A stretch of DNA of 64,000 bases, taken from positions 40,666 through 104,665 of the forward strand of contig CAVOXO010000010.1 of assembly GCA_963700425.1 (NCBI GenBank), written 5' to 3'. Under the pieces are notes generated by a model. The model worked only from the letters and a program-made list of their open reading frames with translations. It had not been told where the DNA came from and did no database searches. This DNA is from an uncultured Microthrixaceae bacterium (GTDB taxonomy: Bacteria; Actinomycetota; Acidimicrobiia; Acidimicrobiales; Microtrichaceae). Every line of letters begins with the position of its first letter. Position 1 is the first letter of the stretch. Shown in pieces: positions 49,689 to 61,896 of this stretch. Made by a program: the position numbers and the translations under genes.

Positions 49689-51086
49689 ATGACCGTTGTC
49701 AGCGACGCCGAGGTCCTGTGGGATCGAGTCTGCGCTCTTCTCGAGGAACAGGTGTCAGATGGCGTGTTCCAGGCCAGTTTCCGGGGAACGTCGGGTCTCT
49801 ATCTCGACGAGAACTGCCTGACCGTCATCGTGCCCAGCCGATTCGTGCAGGAACGAATCGATCAGCGATACCGCGGACTTGTCCACAGCGCTCTGACCGA
49901 CGCCGGCCACCCGACGCTCACGCTCGAGCTCCGGGTCGCTCCCGATGACCCGGCCACGAACTCCGCCGATGACCTGAACGAGTCGCTCGGTTCCATGACC
50001 GACGAGGCCATCGGCACCGACACCACCCACACCATCGACCTGACCGCCCAGCGCCAGCAGTCGACGAACCTGAACGCCCGCTACACGTTCGACTCCTTCG
50101 TCACCGGGCCGTCCAACCGTTTCGCGTCGGCCGCAGCCCTCTCGGTGGCGGAGCGTCCGGCCCTGTCGTACAACCCCTTGTTCGTCTACGGCGCCGCAGG
50201 ACTCGGGAAGACCCACCTCCTGCAGGCCATCGCCCACTACGTCGGCGAGAACTACCCGACGTACACGGTGCGCTACATCTCCACCGAGACGTTGCTCAAC
50301 GACTTCATCGATGCGATCCGCAACAACACCCAGGCGGAGTTCAAGCGTCGATATCGGGAGATCGATGTGCTCCTGGTCGACGACGTCCAGTTCATGGAGG
50401 GCAAGGAACAACTCCAGGAGGAGTTCTTCCACACCTTCAACACCCTTCACGAGGCGAACAGACAGATCGTTCTCAGCTCGGATCGGCCACCCGACGCGGT
50501 CGCCACGCTCGAGGACCGGCTGAGGAGTCGTTTCAAGATGGGGCTGGTCACCGACATCCAACCACCCGACCTCGAGACCCGCCTCGCGATCCTCAGGGTG
50601 AAAGCAGCTCAGTCGGCCACGCCGGTTCCGAGTGAGGTCCTCGAATTCATCGTCACCCACGTGACGAACAACATCCGTGAGCTCGAGGGCGCGCTCAACC
50701 GGGTCACCGCCTACGCCGCCCTCACCGGCACCGATCTCCAGGTCGCAGACGCCGAGAACGTCCTCGACGACATCATCGTCCGGTCCCAGCCCCGACAGAT
50801 CACTCCCGAGATCATCCTCGACACGACAGCGACGAAGTTCGGCTTCGCCGTCGCGGACCTTCAACGCCACGACCGTCGGCGGCCTCTCGTCCTGGCCCGG
50901 CACATCTGCATGTACCTGTTCCGTGAACTCACCGACCTCAGCTACCCCCAGATCGCCGAACACTTCGACGGCCGGGATCACACGACGATCATCTACGGCT
51001 ACGAGAAGATCAAGACCGTCATGAAGGAACGGAAGAACGTCTACGACAGCGTCACCGAGTTGATCCAGGAGATCAAAGCCGGATGA
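49689..51086 (+). CDS. dnaA: Chromosomal replication initiator DnaA
   Basis: YTFDSFVTGPSNRFA, GAAGLGKTHLL, LLVDDVQF, NIRELEGAL, DHTTIIYGYEKI. Confidence 0.97.
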   Translation: MTVVSDAEVLWDRVCALLEEQVSDGVFQASFRGTSGLYLDENCLTVIVPSRFVQERIDQRYRGLVHSALTDAGHPTLTLELRVAPDDPATNSADDLNESLGSMTDEAIGTDTTHTIDLTAQRQQSTNLNARYTFDSFVTGPSNRFASAAALSVAERPALSYNPLFVYGAAGLGKTHLLQAIAHYVGENYPTYTVRYISTETLLNDFIDAIRNNTQAEFKRRYREIDVLLVDDVQFMEGKEQLQEEFFHTFNTLHEANRQIVLSSDRPPDAVATLEDRLRSRFKMGLVTDIQPPDLETRLAILRVKAAQSATPVPSEVLEFIVTHVTNNIRELEGALNRVTAYAALTGTDLQVADAENVLDDIIVRSQPRQITPEIILDTTATKFGFAVADLQRHDRRRPLVLARHICMYLFRELTDLSYPQIAEHFDGRDHTTIIYGYEKIKTVMKERKNVYDSVTELIQEIKAG

Positions 51087-51344
51087 CGCCGCCCACCGTT
51101 CGCCCGACGCGGATCGCGTCCGTGGTCGGACAACACCTTGGTGGCATGGGGACAACCCGTGTACGTGACGCCCACCCTCCCCAGACATCGATGGAATTCC
51201 ATCCGTGTCCTGTGGGAGAGGGGGACAACCTCGGGACAAACCTCGCCCGGTATTCCGGGCATGGCGCTAGGTTCTCCACAATTCACAGGCCCTACTACTT
51301 CGTCTTCCTGTGGTAACCAACGACACGAGAAAGAAGCAGCAATC
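51087..51344. promoter_or_regulatory. oriC: Probable oriC (dnaA-dnaN intergenic): DnaA-box array plus AT-richer 3' end
   Basis: Four same-orientation GGGACAAC-type boxes (complement TTGTCCCC/G) at 51127, 51149, 51222 and 51233. Also TGTGGGAGA 51211, TTCTCCACA 51272 and TGTGGTAAC 51309. The 51290-51344 stretch is noticeably AT-richer. Confidence 0.75.
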
Positions 51345-52439
51345 GTGAAATTCCGATGCGAACGCGATGTATTGGTCGACGGTCTGGCCTCTGCCGGTCG
51401 CGGTGTGTCGTCTCGCGGTGGGTCACTTCCGGTGCTCTCGGGTCTGAAGATGTCACTGCGGGGTGATCTGCTCACCATCACCGGAAGCGATCTCGATCTG
51501 ACGATCAGCGTGGACGTCACGGTGGCCGGCGAGGACGACGGCGACATGGTGATGCCGGCTCGGCTCGGTGTCGACATCATCAAGGCGCTCGAACCGGGAG
51601 CGGTGAGCGTCGAGACATCCGATTCCGAGGTGGCGATCAGCTGCGGCCGGTCGGAGTTCTCGCTCCACGTCATCCCCGCAGCAGAATTCCCCCAGATCGG
51701 CGAGCCGGCAGGCGAGACCGTCAAGCTCGACGCCCCCACGTTCCTCGATGGATTGCGACAGGTGGTCCCCGCAGCCTCGACCGACGACTCGCGTCCCATC
51801 ATCACCGGTGTGCTCATGGCGGCCGAGGGAGCCGGTCTGCGCCTGGTGTCGACCGATTCGTACCGACTCGCGGTTCGTGATCTCCCCGGTACGTCCGTTC
51901 TGGAAGCGGGCCAGAGCGTGCTCGTCCCATCCAGGGCTCTCAACGAGGTGTCACGACTTCTCACCGATTCGGACGAATTGACCGTCACGCTCGGTGAACG
52001 CGACGTGTCGTTCGTGGTGGGGAACGTCCGTCTCATCACCCGTCTCATCGAGGGTGACTTCCCGAACTACCGAGGGCTCATTCCCGAGAACCAGCCCAAT
52101 TCCATGACCGTCGACCGGATGGGACTCATCGACGCGGTGCGCAGGGTCAAGCTGATGGCGCGCGAGGCCACTCCGGTGCGACTCACGATGCACGAGGACC
52201 GGGTCGACCTCGTGGCGATCACCCAGGATGTGGGACAGGCCCACGAGGAGATGGACTGCTCCCATGTCGGCGAGGAGCTCACGGTGGCCTTCAATCCGGA
52301 CTACCTGTTGAACGGTCTCGAGGTCTCCACCGGGGACGAGGTGCGTCTCGAGACCGTCGATGCGCTGAAGCCGGCGGTGATGCGGTCGACCGACGATCCC
52401 GACTTCCTGTACCTGTTGATGCCCGTCAGGGTGTCCTGA
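51345..52439 (+). CDS. dnaN: DNA polymerase III beta sliding clamp
   Basis: VKFRCERDVL...PVLSGLKMSL...TGSDLDLTI..., C-terminal YLLMPVRV. Confidence 0.95.
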   Translation: MKFRCERDVLVDGLASAGRGVSSRGGSLPVLSGLKMSLRGDLLTITGSDLDLTISVDVTVAGEDDGDMVMPARLGVDIIKALEPGAVSVETSDSEVAISCGRSEFSLHVIPAAEFPQIGEPAGETVKLDAPTFLDGLRQVVPAASTDDSRPIITGVLMAAEGAGLRLVSTDSYRLAVRDLPGTSVLEAGQSVLVPSRALNEVSRLLTDSDELTVTLGERDVSFVVGNVRLITRLIEGDFPNYRGLIPENQPNSMTVDRMGLIDAVRRVKLMAREATPVRLTMHEDRVDLVAITQDVGQAHEEMDCSHVGEELTVAFNPDYLLNGLEVSTGDEVRLETVDALKPAVMRSTDDPDFLYLLMPVRVS

Positions 52440-52443
52440 CCCG

Positions 52444-53526
52444 ATGCGCATCACCGCGCTCGAGCTGTCCGCCTTCCGCAACTACTCCGACCTGACGGTC
52501 ACCTTCGATGACGGCATCACCGTTCTCGAGGGGGACAACGGACAGGGCAAGACCAACCTCATCGAGGCGATCGCCTTCCTCGCGTCGCTCCGTTCCTTCC
52601 GCGGGTCGCCGTCGTCCGCTCTGGTGCGCAGTGGGTCCGACACAGCGGTGATCCGTGCCGATGTGGTGGAGGGTGAGCGGTTGTCACTGTTCGAGGTGGA
52701 GATCCCCCGTGAGCCGCCGGTTGCGGGCACAGATCAATCGTCAGAAGGTGGCATCGGGTCGCGACATGGCCCATGAGATGTCGGTGACCGTCTTCAGTCC
52801 CGACGATCTCGAACTCATCAAGGGCGGTCCCTCGATCAGGCAGGGATCTCATCGACGACCTGCTGTGTCAGCTCCATCCCAAGAACGCCGCGGCCCTCGC
52901 GGAATTCGAGAGAACCCTCCGGCAGCGCAACGCGCTTCTCAAACAGCTCGGCGGTCGACTTGCATGCGGACTCGGAGCTGACGTTGGAGGTGTGGGACGA
53001 ACGACTGGCGACGACCGGTGAGCGGGTCGGCGTCCTGCGGAAACGGGTGTGCGAGCAGCTCGAACCGCTGGTTCGCGAAGCGTACGCCCAGCTCGACCAC
53101 GGCCGAGCCGAGGTCGGGGTGACCTACGGCGGTGAGTGGCAGGACGTGGGCCTCATCGACGCCTTGGCGCGCTCGCGGGACGACGATGTCCGACGCGGGT
53201 TGTCGCTGGTGGGTCCGCACCGTGACGAGGTCACGATCTCCCTGGCGGGGTTGCCCGCACGGACGTCGTCGTCACAGGGCGAGCAACGCTCGCTGGTGCT
53301 CGGTCTCCGTCTCGCGTCACACCGCCTGGTGATCGAAGCGCGTGATCGTCAGCCGATCCTGCTGCTCGACGACGTGTTCTCCGAGCTCGATCCCGAACGG
53401 TCGGCTGCTCTGGTGGCGCATCTGCCCGCAGGGCAGACCCTCGTGACGACCGCGCATCCGTTGCCCGAGGGGCTTCATCACGATTCGAGGTTCGTCGTGA
53501 GCAACGGTCATCTGCGGGCCGGGTAG
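52444..53526 (+). pseudogene. recF: DNA replication/repair protein RecF; three +1 frame breaks (about 52712, 52845, 52957)
   Basis: GDNGQGKTNLIEAI (ORF 52444..). QINRQKVASGRD...VFSPDDLELIKGGPS (frame of ORF 52655..). DLIDDLLCQLHP...RQRNALLKQL (third frame). LHADSELTLEVWDE...GEQRSLVL...LLLDDVFSELD (ORF 52960..53526). Confidence 0.85.
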
Positions 53527-53536
53527 CGTCGGGTCC

Positions 53537-53867
53537 GTGCACCGCCGACGTTCCCCCATGCCGATCGACAGCGTGATGGAGCGCCTGCGTCGCCACTACG
53601 GGCATGGCTCCGGGCGGAGTGGTCGACGGGCTCGAAACCGACTGGGAGTCCATCGTGGGTCCGGAGGTGGCCTCTCGCAGCCATCCACGTGAGTTGCGGG
53701 GGGGCGAACTCGTCGTGGAGGTGCGCGATACCGCCACGGCTCAGGTGATCCCGTGGTCCACCGACGACATCGTGGCGTCGCTCGTGCGGCGACGGTCACG
53801 ACGGCAAGCCGATTCGTGTCCGGACGAAGGTCGTTCGAACCCCTCGTCGGTGAGTCGGGGGACCTGA
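53537..53867 (+). pseudogene. DUF721/DciA-like protein (recF-gyrB spacer gene); 1-2 frame breaks
   Basis: VHRRRSPMPIDSVMERLRRHYG, then +1 to MAPGGVVDGLETDWESIVGPEVASRSHPRELRGGELVVEVRDTATAQV. A further +1 near 53790 would give ...GKPIRVRTKVV with a stop at 53853. Confidence 0.55.
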
Positions 53868-53922
53868 GCGTCGGTGGGGGAGTGGTAGAGTACATCGGTG
53901 CAACTTGACCTTCACCCACAAC

Positions 53923-53943
53923 TTGTACACAGCTTTGTCCACA
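53923..53943. promoter_or_regulatory. Two tandem DnaA-box-like 9-mers upstream of gyrB
   Basis: TTGTACACA (53923-53931) and TTGTCCACA (53935-53943). TTGACC at 53905 is a possible -35 element. Confidence 0.45.
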
Positions 53944-53965
53944 GGAGTGCGAGTGCGGTCGCAGC

Positions 53966-55969
<2,004 letters not shown>

Positions 55970-55981
55970 GACCGACACCAG

Positions 55982-58597
55982 ATGACCGACGAATCGACAT
56001 CGCCGGTGACGACGTTCCCGTCGATCCCTCTCCGATCTCCGAGATCGTGCGGGGCACGATCGAGCCGATCGAGATCCAGACCGAGATGGAGCAGTCGTTC
56101 CTCGACTACGCCATGTCGGTCATCGTGTCGCGGGCACTGCCCGACGTGCGCGACGGTCTCAAGCCGGTTCATCGGCGCATTCTCTGGGCCATGCACGACG
56201 CGGGTCTGCGTCCCGATCGCCCGCACCGAAAGTGCGCGACGGTCGTCGGCAACGTCATCGGCACTACCACCCCCATGGTGATTCGTCGGTCTACGACGCC
56301 ATGGTGCGCATGGGTCAGGACTTCTCTCTCGGTCACGTTCTCATCGACAAGCACGGGAACTTCGGGTCGCCGTCGGAGCCGCCCGCTGCGTATCGGTACA
56401 CCGAGTGTCGCGTTGTCGACCCTGGCCATGCACATGTTGGCCAACATCGACGAGGACACCGTCGACATGGCACCGAACTTCGACGGGTCGACGCGACGAA
56501 CCCACGGTCCTGCCGTCGCGATTTCCGAATCTCCTGGTCAACGGTTCCCAGGGCATCGCCGTCGGAATGGCGACGAACATCCCGCCGCACAATCTCGGGG
56601 AGATCATCGACGCCACGATTCATCTCATCGAACATCCCGACGCCACCGTCGACGATCTCATGGAGTTCGTCAAGGGCCCCGACTTCCCCACCGGTGGCCA
56701 GGTGATGGGTCGGTCGGGAATCAGCTCCGCGTACCGCACCGGACGCGGTTCGGTGAAGATCCGCGCCGCCGCCGAGATCGTCGACGGACCGCGTGGCGAC
56801 CCAGATCGTCGTGACCGAGATTCCGTATCAGACCTCGGTCGAGGCCATCGAGGCCAAAGCGGCCGAACTGGTGAACAACCACGAGATCGACGGGATCAGG
56901 GCGATCCGCAACGGTTCCGCGAAGGGCAAGGTCGAACTCGTCTTCGAACTCAAGAAGGACGCGCCGGCGCTCGTCATTCTCAACAATCTCTACAAGCACA
57001 CTCCGATGCAGACCACCTTCGCCACCAACTTCGTGGCGCTGGTCGACGGCGTTCCGCGTACCCTCGGCCTGAAGGAGGCGCTGGACCACTACGTCCGCCA
57101 TCAGCGGGAGGTCATCCGACGTCGTTCGGAGTATCGCCTCGGAAAGGCCCGGGCCCGGGCTCACATCGTCGAGGGACTGCTGCGGGCCATCGATCTCATC
57201 GACGAGATCATCGCTGCCATCCGAGCGTCGGACGACAAGCCCGCCGCCCGGGTGGCGTTGAGGGCCGAACCGTTCGAGTTCTCCGAGGAGCAGGCCGAGC
57301 ACATCCTCGACATGCCGCTGAGCCGGCTCACGCGACTGGGTCGCTCGACCCTCGAGGAGGAACTGGCAGAGCCTGAAGGTCACGATCTCCGGCCTCGAGG
57401 CGATCCTGGGCGACGACGCGACCTCCGCGACGGTCATCACCGACCGAGATCCGCGAGATCCGTGACGAGTTCGCCGTTCCTCGCCGGTCGCCGCTCACGA
57501 TCGACCCCGGCGATCTCGACGTCGAGGATCTGATCGACGACGAGGAGCTCGTCGTGACGATGACCGCAAACGGCTACATCAAGACGGTGTCGGCCGACGT
57601 GTTCCGGACCCAGGGCCGAGGAGGACGCGGAGTGGCCGGTACCAAGTTCAAGGACGAGGACTACGTCTCCGACATCATTCACACCACCGCGCACGCGTAT
57701 CTGCTGTTCTTCTCCAACCGTGGCCGGGTCTACCGACTCAAGGCGCATCAGATTCCGATGATGGATCGGACAGCGCCGCGGCACCGCGATGGTCAATCTC
57801 CTGCAGCTGCAACCCGACGAGCGCGTCCAGGCGGTCATCGACACCCGCGACTACGAGACCCACCGCTTCCTGTTGTTCGTGACTCTGACGGGAGTCGTGA
57901 AGAAGACTCTGTTCAACGCCTACGACTCGTCACGACAGGCCGGGCTGATCGCCCTCAACCTCCGTGATGACGACGAGCTGGTTCAGGGTTCTGGCGGTGA
58001 ACGAGGACGACGACATCATGTGCGTCTCCCGGCTGGCCGGGCCATCCGCTTCGCGGAAAGCGACGTCCGGGCCATGGGTCGTGACGCGACCGGAGTGCGA
58101 GGCATGAAGCTCCAGCGACGGCGACCTGGTGGTGTCGGCGGATGTGGTCGCCGCCGATCATCGGCTGCTGACCATCACCGACGGCGGATTCGGCAAACGC
58201 ACCGATCCCGACAACTTCAACCAGCAGAGTCGCGGCGGCCAGGGCGTGCGGGCCATGAAGCTCAACGACGCCAAGGGCTCGGTCGTCGCCGCGTTGATGG
58301 TCGCGGAGGGTGATCGAGGTGTTCCTGATCGCGGACTCGGGTGTGACCATCCGGGTGTCGACCGACGAGATCTCCCTCCAGGGTCGTGACGCGACGGGCG
58401 TGCGGGTGATGAACCTCGACGACGACGACACAGGTCGTGGCAGTCGCCCGCGTTCTCCAAGGACGACGAGGACGAGGCGACGACGACGAGACCGAGATCG
58501 AGACCGAGACCGAGGCTGCCGGCGCCGTGCCGGACCCGGATTCGGGCGGCGAACCCGTGGTCGACAACTCGGGTGAGGGCGACGACGTCGCGGAGTA
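55982..58597 (+). pseudogene. gyrA: DNA gyrase subunit A; at least 13 frame breaks (mostly +1)
   Basis: Conserved segments across all three frames: [88 protein letters not shown], beta-pinwheel repeats (GRGGRGV, GRDATGVRGM, SRGGQGVRAM, GRDATGVRVM), acidic tail. Confidence 0.9.
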
Positions 58598-58645
58598 GAA
58601 TCCCTCTCACTTCCCCCTTCGATCGTCTCGACCACGGAGTCGGCG

Positions 58646-58972
58646 ATGGGGAGAAGTATCGGCGAGGAGCGAGCGCAGACGACGCTGTGGCTTCTCGTGA
58701 TCTGTGTGGTCGTCGTGTTGTGTGTCGCCGGAGTCATGGCGGTGGGAGGCCGCTCCGTTCGTGCGGGACGGTATCGCTCCGCCGCGGACCTGGTAGCTCT
58801 CGCAGCAGTGCATCGCGACGAGGGTGTCGCTGCGGTGGTGGCGTCCGACAACGACGTGCGGCTGCGCTCGGTTCGGTGGATCGACGACTCCACTGTCGTG
58901 ATCGTCGTCGAGACACCTGACGGCGACACCCTGTCGGCGACGGCGGAGGCAGAGGTCCGCATCACGCAGTGA
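58646..58972 (+). CDS. Small membrane-anchored protein resembling TadE-like (helicase/secretion-neighbourhood type) proteins
   Basis: N-terminal TM helix TLWLLVICVVVVLCVAGVMAV, followed by RSAADLVALAAV... Resemblance is from memory only. Confidence 0.35.
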   Translation: MGRSIGEERAQTTLWLLVICVVVVLCVAGVMAVGGRSVRAGRYRSAADLVALAAVHRDEGVAAVVASDNDVRLRSVRWIDDSTVVIVVETPDGDTLSATAEAEVRITQ

Positions 58973-59009
58973 TCGGTTCGGGGGCCGTCCCTGAATAGAC
59001 TCGGCCGCT

Positions 59010-59681
59010 GTGACCGCACCATCGGAAGAGGCCGGAACCTCCACGGCGGAGTCGAGTGCCTCCGTGTCCTCCGACAGCGCGGACCCGGCGCCGACCGACC
59101 CGGTCACGACATCGGCCGTCACAGCTCGCTGGAAGGACGAGAAGTCCACCGACCGCGACGCTGCCGACCGCGCCCCGGGAGACGCCTCGCCTTCGGGGGA
59201 CGATCCCGCTGAGCCCGCCTCCTCGACGCCTCCCGCCGATGGACCCCACACCGTCACCAAGAGACGGCGAGGGCGCGCACAACGATTCGAAGCCCGCAAA
59301 GTGCATCGCCTGGTACGCCACATCGACCCCTGGTCGACCGCGAAGTTCGCCGTGGTGTTCTTCCTCGCCATGTGGGTGATGATGATGGTCGCGGCGCTCA
59401 TCGTGTGGGCCGTCGCAGACCGGGCCGGCACGATCGGCAACATCGAGAGTTTCTTCCAGGACCTCGGATTCAAGGACGTCGAGATCGACGACCGGTTCTA
59501 CGTGAGGGGTCTCGGTCTCGTGGGCCTCGTCATGACGTTCGCTCTGTCGGTCGGGAGCATCGTCGGCGCCATGGTCTTCAATCTGATCAGCGACATCATC
59601 GGAGGGATCTGGATCACCGTGATCGAAGAGGAGTCCGCCCGCCCCGTGTCTGGTTCGCCCGACAACTCTGATGTCGGATAA
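59010..59681 (+). CDS. DUF3566-like transmembrane protein (Rv0007-position homolog)
   Basis: Disordered acidic/Pro-rich N-terminus, then VRHIDPWSTAKFAVVFFLAMWVMMMV... and a second TM helix. Conserved position between gyrA and tRNA-Ile. Confidence 0.6.
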   Translation: MTAPSEEAGTSTAESSASVSSDSADPAPTDPVTTSAVTARWKDEKSTDRDAADRAPGDASPSGDDPAEPASSTPPADGPHTVTKRRRGRAQRFEARKVHRLVRHIDPWSTAKFAVVFFLAMWVMMMVAALIVWAVADRAGTIGNIESFFQDLGFKDVEIDDRFYVRGLGLVGLVMTFALSVGSIVGAMVFNLISDIIGGIWITVIEEESARPVSGSPDNSDVG

Positions 59682-59695
59682 CGTCGCTGCGCCTC

Positions 59696-59769
<74 letters not shown>

Positions 59770-59800
59770 CGATGCAGCCGACCGCCACACCGTCCGCTCC

Positions 59801-59938
59801 ATGAGAGCTCTGCGTCGGGCCGTCGCGGCTCTCGCCGTCGCTGCGCTCGCCGCGGTTGTCGTCCGGCTTCGAGGAACCGGGGGGACTCCTCCCCAGTCCG
59901 GCGGGTGGCGGGAACTCACCGGCGATGACCTCCGCTGA
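59801..59938 (+). CDS. Possible 45-aa membrane-anchored micro-protein (below the ORF-track cutoff)
   Basis: Own translation: MRALRRAVAALAVAALAAVVVRLRGTGGTPPQSGGWRELTGDDLR. Stop overlaps the ATG 59925 of the next ORF by 14 nt. Confidence 0.25.
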   Translation: MRALRRAVAALAVAALAAVVVRLRGTGGTPPQSGGWRELTGDDLR

Positions 59939-60926
59939 CTCCGGCACCATCCGCCTCGGAGTAGAGGGCCTCGGGTTGGTCGGTCTGCGCGTGGCGCGCC
60001 AGGCGGTGGCCGAGGCCGAGATCGGGAGCGTGGTGCTGCTGGGCGGGAGTGAGAAGCGACGACAGGAGATCTTCTCCGCGTTCGGTTCACCGGTGGACAT
60101 CTCCGACGACGCGGCCGAGTCGACGCTCGACATCGTGGTCGTGGCCGGCGTCGACGCGGACCACGTGGAGTCGGCGCGTGACCATCTCGCCCGCGGTCGC
60201 AGCGTGGTCTCCACGGCCGAGGCCCCCCGGACCGTCGATCAGTTGCGAGAGCTGGGCGACTCGGTGGCCGATCAGGGGCAGTTCGTCATCGTCGGGGCCG
60301 GGTTCTGTCCCGGCATGTCGACCCTTCTTGCCCGCCACGCGGCAGACGCTCTGGATTCGGTGGAGGAGATCAACGTTGCGGTGGCCGGTACGGCCGGTAT
60401 GTCCTGCGCCGCCCGGCGAGCAGAAGCTCTCCGTCGCGACGGCGTCGAGTGGCGAGATGGCGAATGGCTGGAGGTGTCAGCGCGCAGCGGGCCGGAGCGA
60501 CTCTGGTTTCCCGATCCCATCGGAGCGGTCGAGTGCGTCCGGGCGGAGTCGTCGGAACCCGCCTTGGTCGCGGCGGCGGTCGAGGCCGCCGGCCGAATCA
60601 GTGCGAGGGTGGGAGAGGTATCGAGACGCCGTCGGCTCTCGGAGACCCTCAGAGCCTGGCGGCGGACCAGGTCCATCGATGAACCGGGCGGCCTGCGGGT
60701 CGAGGTGCAGGGAACCTCGGGCCCCGAAGCGGCCACGCTTCTCTATGGAGTGATGGACAGGCCGAGCATCGTGAGTGCCGCGGTGGCGGTCACGTCTGCC
60801 CTCGAGGCACGTCGCCGGGCCGTGACGGGCGGATGCGGGGTCGCCGAGATCGGCCCCGCCGTGGACCTGTTGGGAATCCTGCGATCACAGGGGGTTCGCG
60901 CCTCTGTTTTCGAGGGTGTCGGCTGA
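59925..60926 (+). CDS. Saccharopine-dehydrogenase-like / NAD-binding-fold hypothetical protein
   Basis: IRLGVEGLGLVGLRVA (Rossmann-like) and VIVGAGFCPGMS. Weak family assignment. ORF 59856..60926. Confidence 0.4.
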   Translation: MTSADSGTIRLGVEGLGLVGLRVARQAVAEAEIGSVVLLGGSEKRRQEIFSAFGSPVDISDDAAESTLDIVVVAGVDADHVESARDHLARGRSVVSTAEAPRTVDQLRELGDSVADQGQFVIVGAGFCPGMSTLLARHAADALDSVEEINVAVAGTAGMSCAARRAEALRRDGVEWRDGEWLEVSARSGPERLWFPDPIGAVECVRAESSEPALVAAAVEAAGRISARVGEVSRRRRLSETLRAWRRTRSIDEPGGLRVEVQGTSGPEAATLLYGVMDRPSIVSAAVAVTSALEARRRAVTGGCGVAEIGPAVDLLGILRSQGVRASVFEGVG

Positions 60927-61014
60927 CGACCGAAGAATTTCCGGAAAACCTCTCAAGTTCGCGATCCAACGCGTCGATACCTCCTCTGCTGGTTTGTGTA
61001 GGGAGGAAAAACAC

Positions 61015-61884
61015 GTGACCGAGACTTGTCACACCACAGTTCTGATCGAGGACAACCTGGACCTCGTCAATCACATCGTCTTCCAGGTGGCGGTGCACTT
61101 CCCCCGCCACGTGGATCGGGACGACCTGGCTCGTGCCGGTGCACTGGGGCTCGTCGAGGCGGCTCGTCGCTTCGACGACTCCGTCGGGGTGCCGTTTCAG
61201 CGCTTCGCCGCCCAGCGCATCCGCGGAGCGATCATCGATGCGGTCAGGGCCGCTGACTGGGCTCCCCGGTCGGTACGGGCGCTGGCGCGACGACTGGACG
61301 CCACCGAACAACGCCTCGCCTCCGAGTTGGGGCGCACCCCGACGATGGACGAGAAGTCCGAGGCGCTCGGCGTGAGCAAGGACGAGCTGTATCGCCTGCA
61401 GGATCGTCTGTTCCGGTCGGTCGTTCTCGCCTTCGATCACCTCGTGACCGACGGCCCCGAAGAGGAGTTGACGCTGGTCGACGTGATCGAGGACTCCTCG
61501 GTCGTGGAGCCGGCCGCCGAGTTGGAGAAGCGGGAGCTTCACGCCTACCTGCGAGACGCGCTGGCGTTGCTCTCGGAGCGTCATCGGCTCGTCGTCGTCG
61601 GCTACTTTCTCGAGGAGCGCACATCGGAGGATCTGGCTCGATTCCTGGGCGTCACGGAGTCACGGATCTCCCAGATGCGTACCGAAGCCCTGGCCATTCT
61701 CAAGCGCGGGATCGTCGCTCAGTACGACACCGCCCAGCCGGCCGATGATGCGGTGGGACGTCAGGAGAAGCGTCGGCGTCAGTACGCGACCGCCATCTCC
61801 GACCGGCACGACTGGACCGAGCGGATCACGCTGGGTGAGACCCTCGAGAGCCGTGACCTCGTTCAGGAGCTCATGGCGGTCTGA
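61015..61884 (+). CDS. FliA/WhiG-family (group 3) sigma factor with about 60-aa C-terminal extension
   Basis: GTG 61015 after gggagga. GALGLVEAARRFD, FAAQRIRGAIIDAVRAADWAPRSVR, region 4 LARFLGVTESRISQMRTEAL. Confidence 0.8.
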   Translation: MTETCHTTVLIEDNLDLVNHIVFQVAVHFPRHVDRDDLARAGALGLVEAARRFDDSVGVPFQRFAAQRIRGAIIDAVRAADWAPRSVRALARRLDATEQRLASELGRTPTMDEKSEALGVSKDELYRLQDRLFRSVVLAFDHLVTDGPEEELTLVDVIEDSSVVEPAAELEKRELHAYLRDALALLSERHRLVVVGYFLEERTSEDLARFLGVTESRISQMRTEALAILKRGIVAQYDTAQPADDAVGRQEKRRRQYATAISDRHDWTERITLGETLESRDLVQELMAV

Positions 61885-61896
61885 CCTGCGGGCCGA

